Origin: Candidatus Heimdallarchaeota archaeon
GTDB taxonomy: Archaea > Asgardarchaeota > Heimdallarchaeia > Hodarchaeales > Hodarchaeaceae
Assembly: GCA_020353515.1 (NCBI GenBank)
Contig: CP070695.1
Coordinates: 1,271,637 to 1,303,227 of the forward strand
Reading direction: 5' to 3'
Length of the DNA stretch: 31,591 nucleotides
Positions 24,228 through 31,591 of the stretch are shown here, piece by piece. The notes under the pieces were generated by a model that worked only from the letters and a program-made list of their open reading frames with translations, did not search any database and had not been told where the DNA came from. A program made the translations under genes and the position numbers. Every line of letters begins with the position of its first letter. Within the stretch, counting starts at the first letter, position 1.

Positions 24228-26405
24228 ATGAAATCTGCAGAAATTCGGTTAAAGGTCAAAGAAGCGCATTACCGTGATGTTGGCCGAGGTATGGCGAGGA
24301 TCTCAAAAGCACATATGAAAGAATTAAAGATTTCTTCCGGTGATGTCCTGTTAATTGAGGGAGCTTTGGGAAAAAAAACAACTGCAATCGCCTGGCCTGC
24401 TTATAGTAGTGAAGAAAAAGATTTGATGATTTCAATTGATGCAACAACCCGATCAAATGCAGGAGTTCGATTGGATGAGTTAGTAACTATTCGAAAGGCA
24501 TCTACGGCTGCAGCAGAAAAGATTGTTTTTGCTCCCACTACAGGAAATATCTTGAAGGGCATTGAAGGATATCTTCACCGCGAACTTCAGGGGAGAGCCT
24601 TTTCTCTTGATGATAAAATTCGTTTAGAGTACATGGGTAATCTTTTTGAATATAATGTCTTGAGTATCTCACCAAAGCAGGATTCTGTTTTCATAGATCA
24701 AGGTACTGTCATTAAAATTACTTCTACCTCTACCATCTCTGAAGGGGTATCCGCTGATTATAAACTCATACCAAAAATAGCTTATGAGGATATTGGAGGA
24801 TTAGATGATACGATTCAGAAATTAAGAGAAATGGTTGAGCTCCCCATGCGATATCCTGAATTGTTTCAGCGTTTGGGAGTAGAACCACCAAAAGGGGTTC
24901 TTCTTTACGGCCCTCCTGGTACTGGAAAAACTTTATTGGCAAAAGCAGTTGCAAATGAAACTGAATCTCATTTTATTGATGTATCTGGCCCCGAGGTTAT
25001 GTCAGTTTACCACGGGGGAAGTGAGAAAAGGATCCGTGAGATTTTCCAAGAAGCGGAAGAAAAATCTCCTAGTATCTTGTTTATCGATGAAATTGATAGT
25101 ATCTCTCCTAAACGTGATGAGAAGTCCTCTGGTGAGATGGAACGACGAGTAGTTGCACAAATGCTCGCTTTGATGGATGGCCTAGAAAGTCGTGGTGAAA
25201 TAATCGTAATTGGAGCTACAAATCGTCCTAATGCAATTGATCCAGCTCTACGTCGTCCTGGCCGATTTGATCGTGAAATTGAAATCGGAATTCCTGATAA
25301 AAATGGTCGGTTGTCAATATTAGAAATCCATACACGATCTATGCCTCTTGCTGACACAGTTAATCTAGAAGACCTTGCAACCCGAACTCATGGTTTCGTA
25401 GGAGCAGATTTGTTATCATTAACCAAAGAAGCTGGAATGCATGCAATTAGGCGAGTTTTTCCAAAAATTGTATGGGGGGAAGAAATCTCTATGGATATAA
25501 TTAATCAAATATTGGTATTACCTGAAGATTTTGATATTGCTTTGACAGAAGTCAAACCTAGTGCCCTCAGAGAAGTCTTTGTAGAAGTACCTACCGTAAC
25601 ATGGGATGAAGTTGGAGGGTTAGATGAGATAAAACGTGAATTGAAAGAAATTATTGAATGGCCTTCAAAATACCCTATGATATTCAATTATTTAGAAGCA
25701 GAAATACCACGGGGAATTCTGTTGACAGGCCCTCCGGGAACAGGTAAGACGCTATTGGTTCGAGCTATTGCAAGTGAGTCTTCGAAAAATTTTATTTATG
25801 TGAAAGGTTCGGAAATTCATTCAAAATGGGTAGGAGAGAGCGAAAAAGCAATTCAAGAAACATTTCGTAAAGCTAGAATTAGTGCTCCATGTATAGTATT
25901 TTTTGACGAGATTGATGCTTTACTTCCATCACGAACGTCTAATGTTTCCGATTCTGGTGTCACTGATAGGATTGTGACTACTTTCTTGACTGAAATGGAT
26001 GGTTTGGAAGAATTAATCAATGTTATAGTTATCGCAGCTTCCAATCGTCCAGATATTCTTGATACAGCCTTATTAAGACCAGGTAGATTTGAACGAGTCA
26101 TTGAACTCCCATTACCAGATGAAAAAGCCCGTGAAGAAATACTAAGGGTCCATATAAAGAATAAGCCCATATCCTCTCGTGTTTTACTATCTGACATAGC
26201 AAACAGAACAAATGGGTTCAGCGGTGCTGATCTTAAAGGAATTATAAATCGTGCAACTTTCCTATCTATTAACCAGTTTCTTGAAAAAAATAAAGAGGCT
26301 TTTGATAAAATACCTCCTTTAGAAAGAACCGAATTTATTAAAGATCAACAGCTTGAAATAAAATTATCCCATATAAACGAGGCTCTTGAGTATTATAAAT
26401 CTTGA
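24228..26405 (+). CDS. cdc48: Cdc48/VCP-type AAA+ ATPase (N domain plus D1 and D2).
   Basis: N-domain DVGRGMARISKAHMKELKISSGDVLLIEG. Two GPPGTGKTLL Walker A motifs. Two Walker B motifs (ILFIDEIDS, IVFFDEIDA). SRH regions ATNRPNAIDPALRRPGRFDREI and ASNRPDILDTALLRPGRFERVI. Confidence 0.95.
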   Translation: MKSAEIRLKVKEAHYRDVGRGMARISKAHMKELKISSGDVLLIEGALGKKTTAIAWPAYSSEEKDLMISIDATTRSNAGVRLDELVTIRKASTAAAEKIVFAPTTGNILKGIEGYLHRELQGRAFSLDDKIRLEYMGNLFEYNVLSISPKQDSVFIDQGTVIKITSTSTISEGVSADYKLIPKIAYEDIGGLDDTIQKLREMVELPMRYPELFQRLGVEPPKGVLLYGPPGTGKTLLAKAVANETESHFIDVSGPEVMSVYHGGSEKRIREIFQEAEEKSPSILFIDEIDSISPKRDEKSSGEMERRVVAQMLALMDGLESRGEIIVIGATNRPNAIDPALRRPGRFDREIEIGIPDKNGRLSILEIHTRSMPLADTVNLEDLATRTHGFVGADLLSLTKEAGMHAIRRVFPKIVWGEEISMDIINQILVLPEDFDIALTEVKPSALREVFVEVPTVTWDEVGGLDEIKRELKEIIEWPSKYPMIFNYLEAEIPRGILLTGPPGTGKTLLVRAIASESSKNFIYVKGSEIHSKWVGESEKAIQETFRKARISAPCIVFFDEIDALLPSRTSNVSDSGVTDRIVTTFLTEMDGLEELINVIVIAASNRPDILDTALLRPGRFERVIELPLPDEKAREEILRVHIKNKPISSRVLLSDIANRTNGFSGADLKGIINRATFLSINQFLEKNKEAFDKIPPLERTEFIKDQQLEIKLSHINEALEYYKS

Positions 26406-26445
26406 CACTCTAAATATTAGTTAATCAATCACTGGAAGTTTTACT

Positions 26446-27243
26446 TTGCAACTCGAAAATCTAACTGGAGAAATTGAAGATTGGCTTGAAAGAGTGGAAG
26501 AAGAAGAAAATCTCAAATTTATAAGGCAGATGGAATCTAAACCTCTTGAGGGGACTGTTGCAATCGAAATGCTAGGGTATTACGGATCTGTAGACCGAAT
26601 GATTACAAAAGAAATTCAAAAATTGAGTCAAAATACAAGAAAACTTGCTGGTTTTTTTTCAAGTTACTTTAATGAAATGGTGCAAATGTATTCCGGTGAA
26701 ATTTTACTCCCTATCACCATTCTTCAAACACAAATTGGTTCAAAAGACTTCATTTTAACCACAAGCAATTTTGCAATACCTGATGTGATTAGTTATAGGC
26801 TGGCTGAGGAATTATATAGATTTTATAAGAAACAAAGAGTTTCAAAGATATATCTAGTAGATGGTGCATATAATTACAAACGTAACATTAAACAGAAACC
26901 ACAAGTTCATAAAATTACTTCGTCAGAGTTTCAAATCAGGGTTACAAATGAAAAATTAGCCAATTTTACTCTTATGGGTCAGATAGCCAGTTCATTCCTA
27001 ACTTATTGGAGTTATAATGGAGACATTCCCATTGAGATTTTAGTTGTAGATGCTTTTTCCGATTATGACCCAATTTCTTCACTTGAGTTGCTAAAGGTTT
27101 TAACCAAACAATGGGAGATAGAAGCGGATTTTAATGAATTAGAAAAGAGATCACAAGAATTTATACATTTATACAAACAATCCAAAAAAGAAATCCATGC
27201 AGAGGAGCAAAAAGTGGACTTTGATCCACGTTTCTTTGTCTGA
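26446..27243 (+). CDS. PAC2-family (proteasome assembly chaperone, PbaA/B-like, COG1938) protein, tentative.
   Basis: TVAIEMLGYYGSVDRMITKEI resembles the PAC2 N-terminal IEGLPGIGLVGKLA block. ILVVDAFSDYDPISSLELLKVLTKQWEIEADFNELEKRSQEF resembles the C-terminal PAC2 block. Both comparisons are from memory. TTG start; an internal ATG (MESKPLEG) is an alternative start. Confidence 0.5.
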   Translation: MQLENLTGEIEDWLERVEEEENLKFIRQMESKPLEGTVAIEMLGYYGSVDRMITKEIQKLSQNTRKLAGFFSSYFNEMVQMYSGEILLPITILQTQIGSKDFILTTSNFAIPDVISYRLAEELYRFYKKQRVSKIYLVDGAYNYKRNIKQKPQVHKITSSEFQIRVTNEKLANFTLMGQIASSFLTYWSYNGDIPIEILVVDAFSDYDPISSLELLKVLTKQWEIEADFNELEKRSQEFIHLYKQSKKEIHAEEQKVDFDPRFFV

Positions 27244-27256
27244 GAGATGAAAAAAG

Positions 27257-27820
27257 ATGAGTAGAGATCCCTTAAATGAAATTGACTTGATACTGAAGAT
27301 CCTTTCCTACCAAATTGAGAATAAGAATGTTCTCGCGATGAACGAGATTGATGATATTCTTCATTTATTGGCAAATCGTACACGAAGACGAATGCTGGCA
27401 GAATTAGCACTCGGTGAGGGATTTGTGAATGAACTAGTAAAACGCTTGGATGATCACCCACAATCAATCATTAGACATTTAGAAGTTTTGAAGAAACATA
27501 ACTTGGTCGTTGGAAAACAACGTCCAGGTTCAGGAAGAGGGAGACCGAGACTATATTACACATTATTTCCAGAGGTTGCAGAGTTATTCCGAAAACCAAG
27601 TCAAAAAGTTTCAGAGTTAGAGGGAATTCATGATTGTAGTAGCTTTCCTCGCTTGAATACCATTAAAATACGTCTCAATGAAAAAATATCTCACTCTGAA
27701 CAAAGAAAAATAATTTCTGAAGTTGAGAGTATTAAGAAAGAGCATGAAATAGCACTTCAAGTGTGTAACGAGATTCTCGAGAAAGTGAAGGAAAGAGTTA
27801 AAAAAATAGAAGTAAAGTGA
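27257..27820 (+). CDS. phr: Phr-type archaeal heat-shock transcriptional regulator (wHTH, COG1777) with a C-terminal helical/coiled-coil domain.
   Basis: LLANRTRRRMLAELALGEGFVNELVKRLDDHPQSIIRHLEVLKKHNLV...GRGRPRLYY parallels Pyrococcus Phr (GNETRRRIL...RGRPRKYY, recalled from memory). The C-terminal ~70 aa are helical and charged. Confidence 0.75.
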   Translation: MSRDPLNEIDLILKILSYQIENKNVLAMNEIDDILHLLANRTRRRMLAELALGEGFVNELVKRLDDHPQSIIRHLEVLKKHNLVVGKQRPGSGRGRPRLYYTLFPEVAELFRKPSQKVSELEGIHDCSSFPRLNTIKIRLNEKISHSEQRKIISEVESIKKEHEIALQVCNEILEKVKERVKKIEVK

Positions 27821-27968
27821 AAAGAAAGGTTGATAGAAACTGTCTCAGGGCCATACCCAGAGTTATCAAAGAACGCTTTTCCTTTTTAAGAATGAAAATG
27901 AAGCCAATTCTATTTTATCAGAGTTTCTACAATATTGCTTAGAAATAAAATATACAGATCTAACTGGA

Positions 27969-30101
27969 TTGATCATATTAGCTGATAAACTAAACCAGTC
28001 AGAAATTCCTCAAAGCCTAAATAATTTTTTGCCATTACTTAATGGTGTCAAAAGGATAAATTCTCGTGAAATTTCTACTATATTAGGCCAAACTGTGGAT
28101 TTCCTTTTTATAGACCTACGTGAAGATTTTGTTCCTAATAAGATAAATATCCTATTGGAAGCTGTTCGTGGAGGTGGTGTGATTTTTATTCTTGGTCTTC
28201 CTTATTCTGAATGGATTTACTCAGTCAATCAGAAGCAGGATTCCATTGAGAAAGGATCTTCTACAGAGATAAAAAGAAGAAAATCTATCTTCTTAAGTTG
28301 GTTTTATGAGAATCTTAAGAATAATACGCAATGTAATACCAAAAAAGTTTGTTCTACTGAAGTCATTGCCAGCTTCAAGCCAATGCCATATAACATTAAT
28401 CTAGCAGCTCATATCAAGGATATTCTTGTTACGATTGAACAAAAAAAGGTGATTAACGGCCTTAATGACATTTTTTTTGATTCTACAAATTCTAATAGCT
28501 GTACCACTTTGTTAGCTAATAGGGGAAGAGGAAAATCGGCTTCTATAGGACTATTTATTTCTCAAGTTCTTTCAAAAATAAGTAAACGTACATTCACAGC
28601 AACAATCTCTTCTCCCCATCCAACAAATGTTCAAGTACTATTTGATTTTCTTTCAAGAGGTTTAATCTCAGAAAACATTAAGTTTCGTAAAATCAAACAA
28701 GAGGGTTTGGTTTCTGGAATATACACTTCATCTAATTCTAATTCAAAAATTACATATATTTGGCCGAGCGAAATAAAAACTAATTTAAAAACTGATTTAT
28801 TTGTTGTTGATGAAGCAGCAGCAATACCTATAGAAATTTTGAAGAAAATTACAAAAATAAGCGCCAAAAAAATATTTTTATCAACAATTCATGGGTATGA
28901 AGGAGCAGGAAGAGGTTTCCAACACAAATTTCTTCATTACTTAAGAAAGCAGAAACAGATCAATTATATAGAGTACAATTTAACTCAACCAATAAGATAT
29001 ATGAAAGGAGATTCTATAGAGAAGCTGCTAAATCATACCTTTCTTTTGGATGTTGAACTAGAACCGTTAAAAGTTGATTCTCGATCCATCGAGAGAAATA
29101 CATTAAAATTGCAAGTGCATAAGGATCCAAAATACTTGTTTTCAAAGGATGGACTACCCCACCTCAAACAACTCTTCAGTCTACTAATTTATGCACATTA
29201 TCGAAATCAACCAAACGATTTAATAGTGCTAGCTGATTCAGGAAAACACTTTCTAGCTGGTGTTTATGGAAAAGATAATCAAAAAAACGAATTATTATTG
29301 GTGTCCAGTCAATTAGCTGAAGAGGGGATGATGAAAAGTGAAGAGATTCAAGAAATTACTTCTGGTAAATTTATAAAAGGAAACCTCATCTCAACTATTT
29401 CCATACGTCATTTTTCAGAGAAATTAGCTAAATTACGTGGCTTAAGAGTTGTTAGAATAGCTGTTCATCCAAGTTTAATCGATAAAGGATTTGGACGTTT
29501 AGCTATAGAGCTGCAAGATCAAATCTTTTCATCTTATGAATGGATTGGTGTTAGTTATGGTGCAACAGTTAAACTAATGAAATTCTGGAGGAAATTTAAT
29601 TTCGTTTCAGTCCATATTCGCCCGATCAAAACATTGGAAACGGGTGAATGGAATATTATTGTGATACGACCATTAGGGCCTTCCGCTAAGGACATTATTA
29701 GTCAAGCTTCTGCTGATTTTCTTTTACAGTTTATAGCTTTACTCAAACAATCAATACATTCAATGAAACCAGAATTAGTCGTCCAAATTCTCAAGAGTTG
29801 CAATCCTATTCCTGATTATAAGCCTAAAATTACCTCTAGTGGTACTATCAGGTTAAAGAATTATTTAAAAGGGCATTTGAACTTTTTACTTGCAGTAGAT
29901 GTAATATATGAGTTAACTGTAAAATATTTTGTATCACCACAGACAATCAAACTCAGTCCAAGTCAAGAAGCATTATTAATTACTCGTATCCTTCAAGGAA
30001 GGACATGGGGTCAAACATTAAGCAAAACAGGGTTAAAATGGAAAACAGCTAATAGTTTACTAGAGAAAGCTGTTGCTAAAATCGCACAAGAGTATTTTTA
30101 A
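27969..30101 (+). CDS. tmcA: tRNA(Met) cytidine acetyltransferase TmcA (NAT10/Kre33 homologue). The real N-terminus probably lies upstream (27830-27968).
   Basis: Helicase-like P-loop ANRGRGKSAS, FVVDEAAAIP, STIHGYEGAGRGF, and GNAT segment VRIAVHPSLIDKGFGRLAIE. The frame is open from 27837, with TmcA-like sequence (QRTLFLFKNENEA) but no canonical start. Confidence 0.9.
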   Translation: MIILADKLNQSEIPQSLNNFLPLLNGVKRINSREISTILGQTVDFLFIDLREDFVPNKINILLEAVRGGGVIFILGLPYSEWIYSVNQKQDSIEKGSSTEIKRRKSIFLSWFYENLKNNTQCNTKKVCSTEVIASFKPMPYNINLAAHIKDILVTIEQKKVINGLNDIFFDSTNSNSCTTLLANRGRGKSASIGLFISQVLSKISKRTFTATISSPHPTNVQVLFDFLSRGLISENIKFRKIKQEGLVSGIYTSSNSNSKITYIWPSEIKTNLKTDLFVVDEAAAIPIEILKKITKISAKKIFLSTIHGYEGAGRGFQHKFLHYLRKQKQINYIEYNLTQPIRYMKGDSIEKLLNHTFLLDVELEPLKVDSRSIERNTLKLQVHKDPKYLFSKDGLPHLKQLFSLLIYAHYRNQPNDLIVLADSGKHFLAGVYGKDNQKNELLLVSSQLAEEGMMKSEEIQEITSGKFIKGNLISTISIRHFSEKLAKLRGLRVVRIAVHPSLIDKGFGRLAIELQDQIFSSYEWIGVSYGATVKLMKFWRKFNFVSVHIRPIKTLETGEWNIIVIRPLGPSAKDIISQASADFLLQFIALLKQSIHSMKPELVVQILKSCNPIPDYKPKITSSGTIRLKNYLKGHLNFLLAVDVIYELTVKYFVSPQTIKLSPSQEALLITRILQGRTWGQTLSKTGLKWKTANSLLEKAVAKIAQEYF

Positions 30102-30129
30102 TGCGAATATTTGAATCTAAATCCGATTT

Positions 30130-30438
30130 CTACCGATCAAGAATAGTATCTAAGGAGAAGAGATTTGAGTCATTTTTTCCTGATAAAGCAGTTTCTACTC
30201 TTTCAGAAATTGTGAGACCGTTGTTAAAAGCGTATACACGATGTTTATCAATTTGAATAGCACAACAAACCAAATTCAACGAACATTTACCTTGATGATG
30301 ATAATCATCACCATTGAATGATAGACTCCCTTCATCACAATGACAGAGTTTGTTTAAAATAGATGTTGAGTCATTTATATTGACAGGTTTTGAAAGTTGA
30401 TTGAAGAATGATTGCCATGTGGTCATATAAAACAACAC
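30130..30438 (-). CDS. Hypothetical small Cys/His-rich protein.
   Basis: 102-aa ORF with CHCDEG...HHQGKC...CC. It sits alone between tmcA and a 500-bp AT-rich spacer. No family recognised. Confidence 0.35.
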   Translation of the reverse strand: MLFYMTTWQSFFNQLSKPVNINDSTSILNKLCHCDEGSLSFNGDDYHHQGKCSLNLVCCAIQIDKHRVYAFNNGLTISERVETALSGKNDSNLFSLDTILDR

Positions 30439-30941
30439 TTTCTATATTTTCAAGATTTTGACTAAGTAAGTGGACAAATAGAAATGTATCAAGTTGGTTT
30501 TAATAGAAAGATATTATACAGATGGTAACCATTATGAGATCTGTCCGATAAAAAGCTCAAATTGTAAAATTAATCCTTTTGTCGGATTGCTACAAATTTA
30601 ACTAAATTTAGGTTTATTTATCTAAAAATAGACTTTAACGAGTTTTTTGAATCATATCTCAAGAATAAGCCTTTTCTATGAGAATTACTTAAGATTTAGA
30701 AAATAAGAAAATATTCGACTAATGAGATAAATGGCGTAATTAGTAGTGGTTTTTTTTTGAGAACTTCAGTTGAAGTGATCAGGTAATAGAAAGAAGAAGA
30801 TAATCAATATTAAAAAGCAGTTTCTTACTCATTATAGGTTTAATGAATACCGAAAACGAAATCTATTTACAAGGATCCAAAATAAAAAATGTGAAGACAA
30901 TGTACCATTAAGCTACGATCTTAACTCCTTGGGTGATAGTT

Positions 30942-31591
30942 ATGAACGGAGAAAGTCTTTTTTTGATAATTATCGTATTGATTGTTATAATCATTATTAT
31001 TATCACCACGAGGAAAGGTTCTGCAAAACACGTTCAAAGAGCATACGAATTAGAACAACAAGGAAAATATATTGATGCCCTTGATTATTTTGCACGTGAT
31101 TCATTAGAACAAGCAGCAAATTTAGTATTAAGAACTCCTGAAGCTTCGCAAGTTCTGGTTTTACGTCGCCTAGAAAAGAAATATTCTCCTAAACAAATTG
31201 AAAAGATATTTCTCCAGTTAGCTCGAACTAATATGGAGAGTAATGATCCACATGCTGCTGCTTCAGCCTTTGTATTAGCGAGAAAACCATTCGCTGCTGC
31301 CAAAGTATATATTGATTCAGGAACTTTAGAGGATATTCCTGCTGCGATACAGATCGTTGATCGAAATATTTCACTTATTCATAATCGAGATCAAGCCATT
31401 CGTAATTTAGCAAGACATGCGTATAATATTCAAAAATATGTAAAAGCAGCAGAGCTTTTACGTACAATTGGAGCAGATGAGGAAGCCAATGCAGTATTAA
31501 TTGCAGCTGCTACAGAAATGAAAAAACAAGGACGAATTGATGAAGCTGAACACTTTCTGACAACTATACGTAGGCCAACCATTGCTATAGA
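30942..31591 (+). CDS. 3'-truncated ORF with an N-terminal TM helix followed by an Ala-rich helical-repeat (TPR-like) region. It continues beyond the window.
   Basis: ATG at 30942, with 216 codons and no stop up to the window end. N-terminus MNGESLFLIIIVLIVIIIIIITTRKG. Repeated A-rich helices follow (YIDALDYFARDSLEQAANL, PHAAASAFVLARKPFAAAKVY, YVKAAELLRTIGADEEANAVL). It is absent from the ORF track only because it lacks a stop. Confidence 0.6.
   Translation, partial: MNGESLFLIIIVLIVIIIIIITTRKGSAKHVQRAYELEQQGKYIDALDYFARDSLEQAANLVLRTPEASQVLVLRRLEKKYSPKQIEKIFLQLARTNMESNDPHAAASAFVLARKPFAAAKVYIDSGTLEDIPAAIQIVDRNISLIHNRDQAIRNLARHAYNIQKYVKAAELLRTIGADEEANAVLIAAATEMKKQGRIDEAEHFLTTIRRPTIAI

Noticed and set aside
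25007-26197. Antisense ORFs of 116 aa (25007-25357) and 114 aa (25853-26197) inside cdc48
   Set aside because: They lie fully within the strongly supported Cdc48 CDS on the opposite strand. Their Arg/Ser/Pro-rich composition is typical of shadow frames, and no motifs are recognisable.
27063-27467. 134-aa minus-strand ORF spanning the PAC2-like/phr junction
   Set aside because: It is antisense to two well-supported plus-strand genes. It has a low-complexity Ser-rich sequence and no start context.
1-31591. CRISPR arrays, transposases/IS elements, integrases, prophage or obvious defence islands
   Set aside because: No regularly spaced direct repeats are present. No transposase, integrase or recombinase-like ORFs are present, and there are no terminal inverted repeats. 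The gene content reads as core housekeeping plus envelope genes.

Overview
This is an AT-rich, gene-dense chromosomal segment that is clearly archaeal. Hallmarks are a Phr-type heat-shock regulator, Cdc48, TmcA, an MptE-like (DUF115) pterin kinase, a PGF-CTERM surface protein, and an archaeal-type tRNA and 5S sequence. The repeated roadblock/longin-like domains and a very eukaryote-like SNM1/PSO2 nuclease would fit an Asgard/Lokiarchaeia-like genome, but that is inference only. I see about 24 credible CDS, one tRNA-Val(CAC), one 5S-rRNA-derived locus, and no CRISPR array or mobile element.

Gene order:
- a membrane-anchored double wHTH protein and two large surface proteins, one with a PGF-CTERM signal
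- a giant polytopic membrane protein convergent with a HerA/FtsK-type ATPase
- trxB and a PTPS-family gene, convergent with an mptE-like gene
- the 5S locus
- an SNM1-like nuclease and a MutS-like ATPase
- tRNA-Val, then NfeD
- a beta-CASP hydrolase overlapping a JAB/MPN metalloprotease
- a minus-strand operon of two coiled-coil/wH proteins plus an AmmeMemoRadiSam-type radical SAM enzyme
- an hsp20-cdc48-PAC2-like-phr operon
- tmcA, a small Cys-rich ORF, and a 3'-truncated TM plus helical-repeat ORF

The most unusual observation is the 5S rRNA gene at 13470-13632. All conserved 5S elements are present but circularly permuted: the 3' two-thirds precede the 5' third, and helix I is capped by a pentaloop. 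The break point is bracketed by a perfect 9-bp leader/trailer helix with a bulge-helix-bulge-like geometry, and cleavage plus ligation there would regenerate the consensus 5S junction.

Secondary leads:
- a roadblock/longin-like domain shared by the HerA-like ATPase and its membrane-protein neighbour
- a 10-bp perfect palindrome placed like a Phr operator in front of the proteostasis operon
- a Glu-for-Cys PTPS next to MptE
- two genes (the surface protein at 1499 and tmcA) whose conserved N-termini lie upstream of any canonical start codon
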